A stretch of 47,209 nt of DNA from Actinomycetota bacterium (GCA_030652695.1 JAUSQD010000098.1:1-47209); one strand, 5' to 3'. Shown: positions 15,575 through 25,232, counted from the stretch's first letter. Made by a program: numbers and translations. Notes: generated by a model from the sequence alone, not told the origin.

Positions 15575-16212
15575 ACTCAGGACTTGAACTGATCGGCTGT
15601 TCCGTCGGCTACACCGAACCCCTGCTGCAGGCCGAACTCACCGTGCCCCATGGCCAGATCGTGGCCATCCTTGGTCCTAGTGGCTGTGGAAAGTCAACCC
15701 TGCTCGCATCCATTCTCGGCACCGTTCCAGTTCTGGCTGGAAAAGTCGTGGTCGGAGGCATCGATGTCACATCGTTGCCGATTCACCAGCGTCGAGTGGG
15801 AATGGTCTTTCAAGATCCCCTCCTGTTCACGCATCTCACCGTCGCACACAACGTGATGTACGGGCTACGCCGTTCCGGAATGTCAAAGCCGCAGGCCGCA
15901 GCGCGAGCAAGTGAGCTGTTGGCCTGGGTCGACCTGCAGGGCTACGAGAATCGATCGCCTCTGGAACTCAGCGGAGGGCAAGCGCAGCGCGTGGCCCTGG
16001 TGCGCGCGTTGGCACCCAAGCCCGCCATCCTGCTGCTCGACGAGCCATACAGTGCATTGGACGCGGATCTTCGATCGCGGCTGGCAGCCGAGGTTTCAGC
16101 ACTGCTGCGAGAGGAAGGAGTGACCGCGATTCACGTGACTCACGACGAACTGGAGGCAGGCTCTATCACCGACACGGTGGTCCGGATCAGTGAGAATCGC
16201 CTGATCAGCTAG
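15571..16212 (+). CDS. thiQ: Thiamine ABC transporter ATP-binding protein
   Basis: Walker A GPSGCGKST, signature LSGGQAQR, Walker B LLLDEPYSALD. The GTG start overlaps the thiP stop. Confidence 0.85.
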   Translation: MNSGLELIGCSVGYTEPLLQAELTVPHGQIVAILGPSGCGKSTLLASILGTVPVLAGKVVVGGIDVTSLPIHQRRVGMVFQDPLLFTHLTVAHNVMYGLRRSGMSKPQAAARASELLAWVDLQGYENRSPLELSGGQAQRVALVRALAPKPAILLLDEPYSALDADLRSRLAAEVSALLREEGVTAIHVTHDELEAGSITDTVVRISENRLIS

Positions 16213-16226
16213 CTGCGCAGCACTCG

Positions 16227-17024
16227 TCACACAAAATCTGCATACACCGGCGCGTGGTCGCTCCACCGTTCCGCATATGTCGCTGCCTTGGCTACGACCA
16301 CTGACTGTGCTCGTGCGGCGAGAGTCGGCGTCGTGATGATGAGATCGATGCGCCATCCACCGTCAGTGTCAAAGCTCTTCCCGCGCATTGACCACCAGGT
16401 GTATGGACCCGGACCATCGCCGCCGAATTTGCGACCGAGATCGATCCAGGCTTTCTCAAACCAACGTTCCAGGTACGCACGCTCTTCTGGCAGGAAGCCT
16501 GCGTTCTTGAGATTGCCTTTCCAGTTCTTCAGGTCGACCTCGCGGTGGGCGATATTGAAGTCACCACAGACCACGGCGGGCTTCTTGCGTCGTGGCGACT
16601 GCAGCTTGATGAGCCTGGCCTCCATCGACTCCAAGAAGACGTACTTTGCGTCTTGCTTGGGAGAACCCACCTCACCAGAGTTCACATACACCGAGACGAC
16701 CGTCAGCGGACCAACGTCGGTATCGACTTCCACTTCAACCCAGCGACCTTCACCGTCCAGCTGCGCGTCACCTGTCTTGATGCGCTTCAACGGCATCTTG
16801 CTGAGCACCGTCACCCCCGCGCGTCCCAACTGTGGAGCGGGTGAGTGCTCAACGAAATAGTCCGCGAGCGGGGACTCCTTCAAGACCTCATGCAGTTGCT
16901 CATGGGTTGCCCGCACTTCTTGCATGCAGATGACATCAGCGCCAGATTCAGCGAGCCAATCCAGACCGCCGTGTCGGTTGGCTGCGCGTATTCCATTGAC
17001 ATTGATCGTGAGCACTCGAAGCAT
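16227..17024 (-). CDS. xthA: Exodeoxyribonuclease III (AP endonuclease)
   Basis: MLRVLTINVNGIRAA...DVICMQEVRA...CGDFNIAH...SDHAPV: the EEP nuclease family pattern. Confidence 0.9.
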   Translation of the reverse strand: MLRVLTINVNGIRAANRHGGLDWLAESGADVICMQEVRATHEQLHEVLKESPLADYFVEHSPAPQLGRAGVTVLSKMPLKRIKTGDAQLDGEGRWVEVEVDTDVGPLTVVSVYVNSGEVGSPKQDAKYVFLESMEARLIKLQSPRRKKPAVVCGDFNIAHREVDLKNWKGNLKNAGFLPEERAYLERWFEKAWIDLGRKFGGDGPGPYTWWSMRGKSFDTDGGWRIDLIITTPTLAARAQSVVVAKAATYAERWSDHAPVYADFV

Positions 17025-17051
17025 GCCCGCATCGTGCCAGATGGTCAGGCG

Positions 17052-17603
17052 TCAACAGCGCGAGTAGGTACTGCGCCAATGCTTGGCGCCGGACTTGGTC
17101 TTTTCCCAATTGAAGATCGTGCTGAACGCGGCGTCCTGCCAATAGCGGGTCCATTTCGACACCGGGGTTGCCCGGAGTTTGGACATGGCCAGATCGGCGG
17201 AGGCGCTGCCGAGAAGTGCCCGGTGCTCCTTCAACATCATCCACGTCACACCTCGACCCAGTGCACGAGACATCTGATAGGCCCCGCGATATCCGCTGCG
17301 AGAAACGGAGGTGTAGTGACCAGTGCTTTCGCGCTTCACTATGCATTTGCGCACCCGCTCGACTGCCGGGCGAAAGAACTTGCCGCGGTACAGGCTGGGC
17401 TCGATGCCGTTGCGGTCCAGGGTCGCCGTTGAGGCGAAGGTGAATCTCCAAGTCTTGGCGGTGGCAGCAACTGCCTTGGCCTTCACGGTGCTCTGGCTGA
17501 CCAGCCGCACCTGAGGTTCTTGAGCTTGGGCCGGGGAGTTCAATGGCATGAGTCCCACAGCCAGGGTTGCGGCCACGAGGGCAGCACGGTGCGCTACGCG
17601 CAT
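17052..17603 (-). CDS. Secreted transglycosylase-like (SLT/Rpf-related) domain protein
   Basis: Signal peptide MRVAHRAALVAATLAVGLMPLNSPAQA. CIVKRESTGHYTSVSRSGYRGAYQMS resembles the RESxGxY...GAYQ lytic transglycosylase-like motif. The upstream in-frame extension to 17840 does not look like coding sequence. Confidence 0.55.
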   Translation of the reverse strand: MRVAHRAALVAATLAVGLMPLNSPAQAQEPQVRLVSQSTVKAKAVAATAKTWRFTFASTATLDRNGIEPSLYRGKFFRPAVERVRKCIVKRESTGHYTSVSRSGYRGAYQMSRALGRGVTWMMLKEHRALLGSASADLAMSKLRATPVSKWTRYWQDAAFSTIFNWEKTKSGAKHWRSTYSRC

Positions 17604-17988
17604 GTTTCCTCTTCGATCAGCACCAGGGTGCGTGGTGGGACCACGGGTCATCGCGCGACACGGCCATCGGTACGGCCTGTCGCACTCTCCAACGCACACG
17701 GCCGCCGTCCCGAATCTCACGGAACAGACCACAAGGGCCATGCAGTTCTTGGCCATTGCCAAGGTGTTCCCGAGTTCAAGACACTCAAACTCGACTGGAT
17801 GACGATACGAAGCCGATGCACGAAATCCAAGCCTGTCCAAGCCGAGATCTGGGTGGCTTTGTTCCTTATGCCCCTATAAGTCTAGTGAGGTGGGTCACAT
17901 CTGCAGCCAGTCTCCCCGTGGCTCAATGTGAGATGAACCACCGCCCGATCTGCCGGAAATGGCTGTTTTGACACATGTGCTTAGATAA

Positions 17989-18004
17989 GTGAACGTTTGT
18001 TCAC
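17989..18004. promoter_or_regulatory. Inverted repeat GTGAAC-N4-GTTCAC, a candidate TetR operator just upstream of the MFS gene
   Basis: A perfect 6-bp arm palindrome 11 nt upstream of ATG 18015. The TetR gene is translationally coupled downstream of the MFS gene. Confidence 0.4.
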
Positions 18005-18014
18005 CACCACCGAA

Positions 18015-19484
18015 ATGGCACCCATGCCCCAGCTCACCGCACGCCAGTTTTCGCCGGGCGCGATCATCGCCGTTCTGGCTGTCAGTGGGATGGGCGTCTC
18101 GCTCATGCACACCCTCTTGGTGCCGTTGCTGTCCGACCTGCCCGGGCTGCTCAACTCGTCAAGCGATGACGTGTCATGGGTGGTGACCGCGACTTTGCTG
18201 GCCGCCGCTGTGGCAACTCCCACCTTGTCGCGGCTGGCAGACATGTACGGCAAGCAAAGGATCATGCTGGTCTGTCTCGGGCTGCTGCTGGCTGGCTCGA
18301 TCCTCGGTGCACTCAGCGACAGCTTGATGTTGATCATCGTGGCGCGAGCCCTGCAGGGTGCATCGTCAGCGCTCATCCCCATCGGCATCAGCATCATGCG
18401 CGATGAACTGCCAGCCGAGAAGCTGAGCGCCGCTGTCGCCTTGATGAGCGCGACTCTTGGCGTTGGCGCGGCAATGGGCATGCCCTTGGCGGGCATCATC
18501 TACGGCACTCTGGGCTGGCACGCGGTGTTCTGGGTGTCCGGGCTATTCGCGATCCTCATGGCGATCGCCATCGTGTTCGTGGTGCGTGAATCCGAGATCC
18601 GCACTGGTGGTTCCTTCGACTATGTCGGTGCAATCCTGCTGTCTGGCGCTTTGACATCACTCCTCCTTGGCATTTCCAAGGGCGGTTCCTGGGGTTGGAC
18701 CAGTCAACAGACGCTCATGACCTTTGGCATCAGTGCTGTGATCTTCGCGCTCTGGGCACCTTGGGAGTTTCAGACCAAGCAACCACTCGTCGATCTGCGC
18801 ATCAGTCTGAAGCGCCCCGTACTCATGACGAATATCTCCGCAGTGCTCATGGGCTTTGCCATGTACGCAAACATGCTCTCGACCTTGCAGATGCTGGAAA
18901 TTCCCACGGTCACGGGCTACGGCCATGGACTCACTCCCCTTGAGGCGGGCTTGGTCATGATCCCCACATCGCTGACGATGGTGGTGCTCGCGCCGATATC
19001 TGCAAGCGTCACACGCAAATTCGGTGCCAAAGTCACACTCATCACGGGCGCATTGGTGATGGCCTTTGGCTACATTTTGCGAGTGTTCATGCATGACACC
19101 GTCACGCTCATCATGGTTGCCGCGGTCATCGTCGCTGCCGGCACCGCAGTCTCATATGCCGCCATGCCCATTCTCATCATGGGGTCAGTGCCAGAGACAG
19201 AGACGGCAGCAGCCAATGGTTTGAACACCTTGCTCCGCAGTGTCGGCGCTTCAGTCTCAAGTGCGGCGGTGGCTTCGATCCTGTCGATTACCACCCTCAC
19301 CGTGGCAGGTCAGAGCCTGCCTTCGCTGGCCGCCTTCCAACAGATCTTCGTCATCGCGGCCGGAGCTTCGCTCGTGGGAGCCCTCGTGGCAATGGCGATT
19401 CCAAAGCAGATGCATCTCGAGCTTGAACCCATAGATCCAGCGCTTGTTGAAGAACTCACCCACAAACATGAGGCGATCAAGTGA
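18015..19484 (+). CDS. MFS transporter, 14-TM DHA2 (EmrB/QacA-like) drug:H+ antiporter family
   Basis: LSRLADMYGKQRIMLV (motif A-like), ARALQGASSALIP, and about 14 hydrophobic segments. The ORF track starts at TTG 17997; ATG 18015 is preferred. Confidence 0.85.
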   Translation: MAPMPQLTARQFSPGAIIAVLAVSGMGVSLMHTLLVPLLSDLPGLLNSSSDDVSWVVTATLLAAAVATPTLSRLADMYGKQRIMLVCLGLLLAGSILGALSDSLMLIIVARALQGASSALIPIGISIMRDELPAEKLSAAVALMSATLGVGAAMGMPLAGIIYGTLGWHAVFWVSGLFAILMAIAIVFVVRESEIRTGGSFDYVGAILLSGALTSLLLGISKGGSWGWTSQQTLMTFGISAVIFALWAPWEFQTKQPLVDLRISLKRPVLMTNISAVLMGFAMYANMLSTLQMLEIPTVTGYGHGLTPLEAGLVMIPTSLTMVVLAPISASVTRKFGAKVTLITGALVMAFGYILRVFMHDTVTLIMVAAVIVAAGTAVSYAAMPILIMGSVPETETAAANGLNTLLRSVGASVSSAAVASILSITTLTVAGQSLPSLAAFQQIFVIAAGASLVGALVAMAIPKQMHLELEPIDPALVEELTHKHEAIK

Positions 19485-20032
19485 AGACGAACTCCCGTGA
19501 TGTCGTGCTTGATGCCGCTCGACGACTCTTTGCCGAACGCGGATACCCGTATGTCACCATCCGGCAGATCGCCGCGGAGTCTGGGCTGTCAGCGTCGATG
19601 GTGATGAAGGTCGGCGGAAGCAAGGCAAAGCTCTACGAGGATGCCGCTCCCACGATGCCACCACCCTTTGATCCGAACATCCCGCACTCACGCCTAGGCG
19701 AGGCCTGGGCGCAGCGCGTCCTTGATCGCCGTCAGTCTGGAGCAGCCGAGCCCTGGGTCCAGGCGGTCTTCCGAACCGCAGATGCGCCGGATCCGCAAGC
19801 CGAAAGAGAAGAGTTTCGGGCCTGGGCGCTGGAGCATGTCACCCCACTCATCGAGCCCGGCGATGAACTTGAATCCAGAGTCGAGTTGCTCGCGTGCCTG
19901 GTCATCGGCTTGGCGATCGGCTTACGGACTCAACGACTGCTTGCCGACACCGAGGACGAGTGGATCGTTCGCAACTACGGGCGACTGATCCAGCTGGTCA
20001 GCGAGGGGTCTGCAAAGCCTGGTTCTTCCTGA
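19481..20032 (+). CDS. TetR/AcrR-family transcriptional regulator
   Basis: N-terminal HTH: VLDAARRLFAERGYPYVTIRQIAAESGLSASMVMK. The GTG start overlaps the MFS stop (GTGA). Confidence 0.85.
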   Translation: MKTNSRDVVLDAARRLFAERGYPYVTIRQIAAESGLSASMVMKVGGSKAKLYEDAAPTMPPPFDPNIPHSRLGEAWAQRVLDRRQSGAAEPWVQAVFRTADAPDPQAEREEFRAWALEHVTPLIEPGDELESRVELLACLVIGLAIGLRTQRLLADTEDEWIVRNYGRLIQLVSEGSAKPGSS

Positions 20033-20489
20033 AGTCCCAGCTGCTGATCTTGCTTGGGGTCACGCGCAGCCAACCGTGTCGACCGTCCGGGAAGAACACA
20101 TCGCTGTTGGCATACTTGCGAGCAAAGGCGAGTTCAATCGGCGCCAACTCGTCATTCGGCTCAGCCGTTCGTGGAACATCTCCGACCTGTTCAGCCAGTC
20201 CTTCGATCTCCACGCCATGCAGATCCGAGAATTCGACTCCACCATCGATGACGATGGCAGTGCGTGGATGATGCGCAAGATCCACCCAACGCTGACTTCG
20301 CACGATCGAGTTGAGCCACAGCGAAGCACCGTCCCAGACGAACCACAAGGGCGTGACATGCGGGGCTCCATCGCCTCCCACTGAAGCAACCCGACACACA
20401 CGCTCAGATCTCAGGAATTCGTCTCGCTCATCCGAGGTCATCGCGATGCTGCGACTGCGGCGTTGCTCTTTGAATTCCGCCTGAGTCAT
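19998..20489 (-). CDS. Pyridoxamine 5'-phosphate oxidase-family (PPOX-class, possibly F420-dependent) protein
   Basis: DEFLRSERVCRVASVGGDGAPHVTPLWFVWDG...LRVTP pattern. The start is taken at MTQAEF (20489). Its 3' end overlaps the convergent TetR gene by 35 nt. Confidence 0.65.
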   Translation of the reverse strand: MTQAEFKEQRRSRSIAMTSDERDEFLRSERVCRVASVGGDGAPHVTPLWFVWDGASLWLNSIVRSQRWVDLAHHPRTAIVIDGGVEFSDLHGVEIEGLAEQVGDVPRTAEPNDELAPIELAFARKYANSDVFFPDGRHGWLRVTPSKISSWDFRKNQALQTPR

Positions 20490-20491
20490 GG

Positions 20492-21262
20492 CTAACGACC
20501 TTTCCATTCAGGTGAGCGTTTCTCGAAGAAGGCAGCAAGGCCCTCCTGCATGTCTTCGGATTGGAGAATTGCCTCCACGGCCACCCGAGTCGCCTCCCAG
20601 CCCAAGGCGTCCTCCGCAGCCAATTGGCTATTGATTGCCTTGAGCGTCTGCTGCACCGAGTGAGGCGAAGCACCGCAGATGCGCTCGGCCAGCAGCACAG
20701 CCATCTCGCACGCCAGCCCGGGTTCAGTGACCTGGCACACCAGTCCCAATTGGTAGGCACGATCGGCGTCCAATGACGTCCCGGCTATCAGCATCTCTCT
20801 TGCCACATTGATGGGCAGGGCTCTCATCGCACGAAAGAGCGCGCCTGATGTTGCGATGACTCCACGCTGCACCTCTGGCAGGGCAAAGCGCGCAGTGGTC
20901 GAAGCGACGATCAAGTCGCAGGCCAAGGCGATTTCAAAGCCTCCACCCAGTGCGTTGCCCTCGACCGCCGCGATCAACGGCTTCACTCGTGTGCGACGAA
21001 TGAGGCCGTACTCACCGCCCCGCTCAGTCGACCTGCCGTCTTGAGTGCTCATGTCTGTGCCGGCCGAGAACATCGTGGGCGTCCCCGTGATAACACCAGC
21101 CCAGAGTTCAGGATTGTCATCGAGTTCGTTCAGTGCCTTGTCGATGGCCTCGGTGATCTCATTGTTGATCGCATTGCGCTTCTCGGGGCGATCAATGGTG
21201 ATGATCAGGATGTGTCCACGCTGCTCATGTCGGGCGGTCACATTCCAAACCCTAAGGTGCAT
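20492..21262 (-). CDS. Enoyl-CoA hydratase/isomerase (crotonase) family protein
   Basis: ITIDRPEKRNAI, FSAGTD, AAVEGNALGGGFEIALACD, FALPEVQRG. Confidence 0.88.
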   Translation of the reverse strand: MHLRVWNVTARHEQRGHILIITIDRPEKRNAINNEITEAIDKALNELDDNPELWAGVITGTPTMFSAGTDMSTQDGRSTERGGEYGLIRRTRVKPLIAAVEGNALGGGFEIALACDLIVASTTARFALPEVQRGVIATSGALFRAMRALPINVAREMLIAGTSLDADRAYQLGLVCQVTEPGLACEMAVLLAERICGASPHSVQQTLKAINSQLAAEDALGWEATRVAVEAILQSEDMQEGLAAFFEKRSPEWKGR

Positions 21263-21315
21263 CCGCCGCCTAGAGTGCGGTTCCAGGAGATTGCCGAAAG
21301 CCGAGGAAGGACTGC

Positions 21316-22419
21316 ATGTCAGACATCACCGACTTGCGTGCTGAGATTCGCTCCTTCGTTGCAGCTGAACTCGCTCAGCAAAACTTCGCTCCACATTGCG
21401 ATTCCTGGCTGATCGGATTTGATCCGGACTTCAGCGCTCGACTTGGTGCGCGCGGACTGATCGGCCTGATGCTGCCCAAAGAATTCGGCGGGCGTGGACT
21501 GGGCGTAAACGAAAGGCTGGTGGTCAGTGAAGAGCTGCTGGCAGCTGGTGCTCCGGTTGCTGCCCACTGGTTTGCAGAACGCCAGTTTGCACCGTCAGTT
21601 CTTCGTCACGGCACCGACGCTCAACAACAGGAGTGGCTCCCCAGAGTCACGGCCGGCAATGCCTGGATCTCGATTGGCCTGAGCGAGGCCGATGCCGGCT
21701 CAGACCTGGCGGCAATTCGCACGCGGGCTGACAAGGTTGACGGCGGTTGGGCAATCACCGGCGCGAAACTCTGGTCCAGCGGCGCGCACACGGCACACGC
21801 CATCGTCGTGCTCGCTCGCACAGGCGGCGAGCGGCACGATGGTCTCACTCAATTCATCGTGCGACTTCCGAACCCCGCAGTTCACATTCGACCAATCCCG
21901 CTTATCAGCGGCGAACACCACTTCAATGAAGTTGCCTTCGATTCCTCCTTCGTGCCTGACGGCGATGTTCTAGGACCGATTGGCAATGGCTGGAATCAGG
22001 CCATGCAGGAGCTTGCATTCGAAAGGGCCGGACCCGAGCGCTACCTCTCCACTCTGCCGATGCTGCAAGCGCTCCTTCCAGGACTGGGGCACTCTTCCCC
22101 GACAGCGGCCGATCTTGGCCGTTGCATTGCAGAGATCACGAGTTTTCGGACAATCAACCAGCGGGTTGCTGAGCAACTGTCCGCTGGAGCAACCGCGTCC
22201 ATTGAGATCCCGCTGCTGAAGTCTCTGGGCACAAGTTTTGAACAAGGCACAGTTCAACTCGCCTTGGATCTTGTCGCGGACGCGAGTCGCGCGTTTCCAC
22301 CAAGTGATCAGGCGCTGGCGCTCCTGCGCGAAGCCCAGTTCCAGTCTCCTGGATTCACGATCCGAGGCGGCACCAATGAAGTGCTCCGAGGCATCATCAG
22401 CAAGGGTCTATCGCGATGA
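21316..22419 (+). CDS. Acyl-CoA dehydrogenase family protein (catalytic-type subunit)
   Basis: LSEADAGSDLAAIRTRA, KLWSSGAH, and a C-terminal IRGGTNEVLRGII carrying the usual catalytic Glu position. SD GAGGAAGG lies upstream. Confidence 0.85.
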   Translation: MSDITDLRAEIRSFVAAELAQQNFAPHCDSWLIGFDPDFSARLGARGLIGLMLPKEFGGRGLGVNERLVVSEELLAAGAPVAAHWFAERQFAPSVLRHGTDAQQQEWLPRVTAGNAWISIGLSEADAGSDLAAIRTRADKVDGGWAITGAKLWSSGAHTAHAIVVLARTGGERHDGLTQFIVRLPNPAVHIRPIPLISGEHHFNEVAFDSSFVPDGDVLGPIGNGWNQAMQELAFERAGPERYLSTLPMLQALLPGLGHSSPTAADLGRCIAEITSFRTINQRVAEQLSAGATASIEIPLLKSLGTSFEQGTVQLALDLVADASRAFPPSDQALALLREAQFQSPGFTIRGGTNEVLRGIISKGLSR

Positions 22420-23459
22420 GCCAACTGGACTGGTCACTCACTGAAGAGCGTCTTGCTCTCGCCAAGACCGTGCTTGACATGAGCGCGGCACTCGACGATC
22501 AACTGCAACTCGCGCTCGATGAGAGTGGCATGTCGTGGATCGGTATCGAGGAATCCGAGGGCGGGTCTGGTGGAGACGATGCGGATCTTGCGATTGCCAT
22601 CCGAGCCCTCGCGGGCCAAGCTCGCAATGCCAGTCTGGCCGAAACTGCCTTCGTCAGTGCCTGGGCCTTACGTCAGTGCGGCCACTCAGAAGCCAGTCGG
22701 CATATCGCACCCGCATTCTCCACAGCCAATGATCTGCAGGCTGTAGAGAGGGAGGGGCGCTGGTGGGTATCGGGAACGGCCAGACAGGTCCCTGCCACGT
22801 CCGCGGCCCAGTTGGCACTGCTCCCAATAGCTCTTGGCGACTCCTGGCACCTGGCACTGCTGCCGATAAGCAGCGCCGAGATTGAAGAGGAAGACAATCT
22901 TGCCGGCGAAATCCGGACCACCTTGCGGTTCAATTCCGCGCCGGCTGAGCTGATGCTCGAGCTGCCCGCTCATCTGAACTGGATTGATCTGCACGCCAGG
23001 CTCGGTCTGGCTCGAGCCATCCAGATTTCGGGAGCACTGCTGGCTGTGCGGGATCTGACAGTGAGTTACGCGAGGACTCGCGAGCAGTTCGGCAAGCCAA
23101 TTGCCGAACAGCAGGCCGTGGCACACATGCTGGCCTCTGTTGCCGAACAGGCACTGCTCGCCGAAGCTGCGGTAGCCACGGCGATCAGCACTCCAGGCCT
23201 TTGGAACAACGCGATTGCCAAGAGTGTGACATCCCGAGCAGCTCGCAGTGCGGCAGCTACTGCGCATCAGGTTCATGGGGCCATGGGCATGAGTGAGGAA
23301 TACCCACTCGGAGCTCTGACCACGCGGCTTTGGTCTTGGGCCGAAGAGGGTGGACGAGCCGAAGCCTGGGAAAACTGGATCGGAAGACGATTCATGGAGC
23401 AGGATCAACCCCAACTGTGGGAGTCAATCGTGAACCCGCCGGAGAGTAGGCATCAATGA
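22416..23459 (+). CDS. Acyl-CoA dehydrogenase family protein (second, divergent subunit)
   Basis: ACAD C-terminal helical-domain pattern (YARTREQFGKPIAEQQAV, QVHGAMGMSEEYPL). The N-terminal and middle regions are poorly conserved. The start overlaps the upstream ACAD stop (ATGA). Confidence 0.7.
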   Translation: MSQLDWSLTEERLALAKTVLDMSAALDDQLQLALDESGMSWIGIEESEGGSGGDDADLAIAIRALAGQARNASLAETAFVSAWALRQCGHSEASRHIAPAFSTANDLQAVEREGRWWVSGTARQVPATSAAQLALLPIALGDSWHLALLPISSAEIEEEDNLAGEIRTTLRFNSAPAELMLELPAHLNWIDLHARLGLARAIQISGALLAVRDLTVSYARTREQFGKPIAEQQAVAHMLASVAEQALLAEAAVATAISTPGLWNNAIAKSVTSRAARSAAATAHQVHGAMGMSEEYPLGALTTRLWSWAEEGGRAEAWENWIGRRFMEQDQPQLWESIVNPPESRHQ

Positions 23460-24241
23460 GCCACGAAATTCGCTACTCAGTCAACAACGCCGTTGCGACC
23501 TTGACCCTGAACCGACCCGCGCGACGCAATGCCTTCACGCTGAGCATGGTGAACCTCTGGGCAGATCTGCTCATGCAGGCCGACGCCGATCCAGACGTGA
23601 GAGTCATTGTGATCACGGGTGGCGACGAGGCCTTCTGCGCCGGGATCGATCTTGACGCTCTCGCTGCCGTCGATCCGTCGGCCCTTGCTCGGCGTGAATT
23701 CCTGACCAAGGACATCCACCGCGTTGCGCTCACTCTTGATCGCATCGACAAACCTGTGATTGCGGCTGTGGCCGGTGCAGCAGTTGGAGCTGGGATGGAC
23801 ATGGCGCTCATGTGCGACATGCGCATTGCAGCAGAATCGGCGAGATTCAGTGCCGCATATGTGCGCCTTGGCGTGGTCCCCGGTGACGGTGGCTGTTATT
23901 ACCTGCCTCGACTCATCGGGCCAGCGAAAGCCCTTGAACTGCTGCTGACCGGTGACACCGTGACAGGAGCAGAAGCTAAGGACATTGGATTTGTGAACGC
24001 GGTGGTGCCTGACGGTGAACTGCTGGACCACACCCAGGCACTGGCTGAGAAGATCGCCCGCCAATCTCCGCTGGCAGTCAGCCTGATCAAGCGCACGGTG
24101 TACCAATCTGCTGATATCGACCTACGCACGGCACTCGATCTGGTTGCATCGCACATGGGCGTGATCATGACCACGAGTGATCATCAGGAAGCGCTCGCTG
24201 CCATGCGCGAGAACCGCACGGGAGATTTCCAGGGAAGGTAG
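23456..24241 (+). CDS. Enoyl-CoA hydratase/isomerase family protein
   Basis: LTLNRPARRNAF, FCAGIDL, AAVAGAAVGAGMDMALMCD. The start overlaps the upstream stop. Confidence 0.88.
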   Translation: MSHEIRYSVNNAVATLTLNRPARRNAFTLSMVNLWADLLMQADADPDVRVIVITGGDEAFCAGIDLDALAAVDPSALARREFLTKDIHRVALTLDRIDKPVIAAVAGAAVGAGMDMALMCDMRIAAESARFSAAYVRLGVVPGDGGCYYLPRLIGPAKALELLLTGDTVTGAEAKDIGFVNAVVPDGELLDHTQALAEKIARQSPLAVSLIKRTVYQSADIDLRTALDLVASHMGVIMTTSDHQEALAAMRENRTGDFQGR

Positions 24242-24250
24242 ACCTCGTAG

Positions 24251-25096
24251 ATGAGCAGAACGCTCAGCGTCATCCGACATGGACATGTCAACCAGTTCTG
24301 CAATGACTACGACGGACTCCTGGACTACTACCGCACGACATTTGACTCCCCAGTCTTCATGGAATTTGGCACCCCTGAATTCGGTGCGCGGAATGCCCTC
24401 TACATGGCCGGGGGCGCCTGCTTCGAAGTGTTCGCGCCCACCGTCCCCGATCTCGCGATCGGCTCCTGGATCAAGAGATTCGGTGAACGCTGGCACTCCC
24501 TGGAATGGACTGTGCCCTCGCTGGACGAGGCCATCGAGATTGTGCAGGAGCGCGGAATTCGCATCACTGATCATGCGCCTGATCAGTACATCTTTGTACA
24601 CCCACGCGACTGCCATGGGCTGTCCTTGGAACTCACTGAGGCGCATTTCGAGCACGATCCTCGAGAGGCCGACAACTGGGATGCTGCTGTCGGTGCTGGG
24701 AGCAATCCCATTGGCATCAGCGGCGGACCCATCATCACCCTGTGCGTACACGATGCGCAGGCATCAGCGGAGTGGATGGCTGAACTCACCGGGCGGCAGC
24801 TGGCCGACTCCTACTCGGGCACTGCATCCAATGCGGCCGCAATCGATTTCGGCGATCACATCGTTGAATTCGTCGCACCCACCGGCAGCGACGTCGACAC
24901 CGACTTGCGTGAAGCGCTCGCAGCGCGCGGCGCCTCAATTTACGCAGTGACTCTTCCCGTGCGCTCTCTTGGAGCGGCGGAGGCCGAACTTGCAGCCCGC
25001 GGCGCACAATCCACGCGCACGCTGGGCGGCACCGTGCCGCTCCTGCTGGCCGATACCACTCAAACAGGCGGCGCACTGCTGCGATTCCGCGAGTAG
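24251..25096 (+). CDS. Two-module VOC (glyoxalase/bleomycin-resistance/dioxygenase) family protein
   Basis: 281 aa with two repeated beta-alpha-beta-beta-beta-like halves (RHGHVNQF...FEVFAP; ITLCVHD...VEFVAP). It lies 9 nt behind the crotonase gene. The substrate is unknown. Confidence 0.55.
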   Translation: MSRTLSVIRHGHVNQFCNDYDGLLDYYRTTFDSPVFMEFGTPEFGARNALYMAGGACFEVFAPTVPDLAIGSWIKRFGERWHSLEWTVPSLDEAIEIVQERGIRITDHAPDQYIFVHPRDCHGLSLELTEAHFEHDPREADNWDAAVGAGSNPIGISGGPIITLCVHDAQASAEWMAELTGRQLADSYSGTASNAAAIDFGDHIVEFVAPTGSDVDTDLREALAARGASIYAVTLPVRSLGAAEAELAARGAQSTRTLGGTVPLLLADTTQTGGALLRFRE

Positions 25097-25232
25097 TCCT
25101 GATCGCGCACTTCATCCACAGGTGCTTGGCCGCGCCAATCCTTACCCAACTCTGACATTTGCGCGTTTGAGGCCGATCAAGTCGGGGAAACCTCCGTGGT
25201 GACGGCATCAGCCGTCCGGAGGAGGAGACATC

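Noticed and set aside
17604-17840. The 79-codon N-terminal extension of the 17052..17840 ORF
   Set aside because: The extension (MDRLGFRASASYRHPVEFECLELG...) is Cys/Arg-rich and not protein-like. A canonical signal peptide begins at the internal MRVAHRAALVAATLAVG.
17604-17900. Possible c-di-AMP (ydaO) riboswitch in the leader of the transglycosylase-like gene
   Set aside because: I reverse-complemented the leader and looked for the conserved GGGGA-CCCA, GGGGUGAAUC and CAGCUAACCUCGUAAGC elements. None is present. The region is kept only as an unexplained long spacer.
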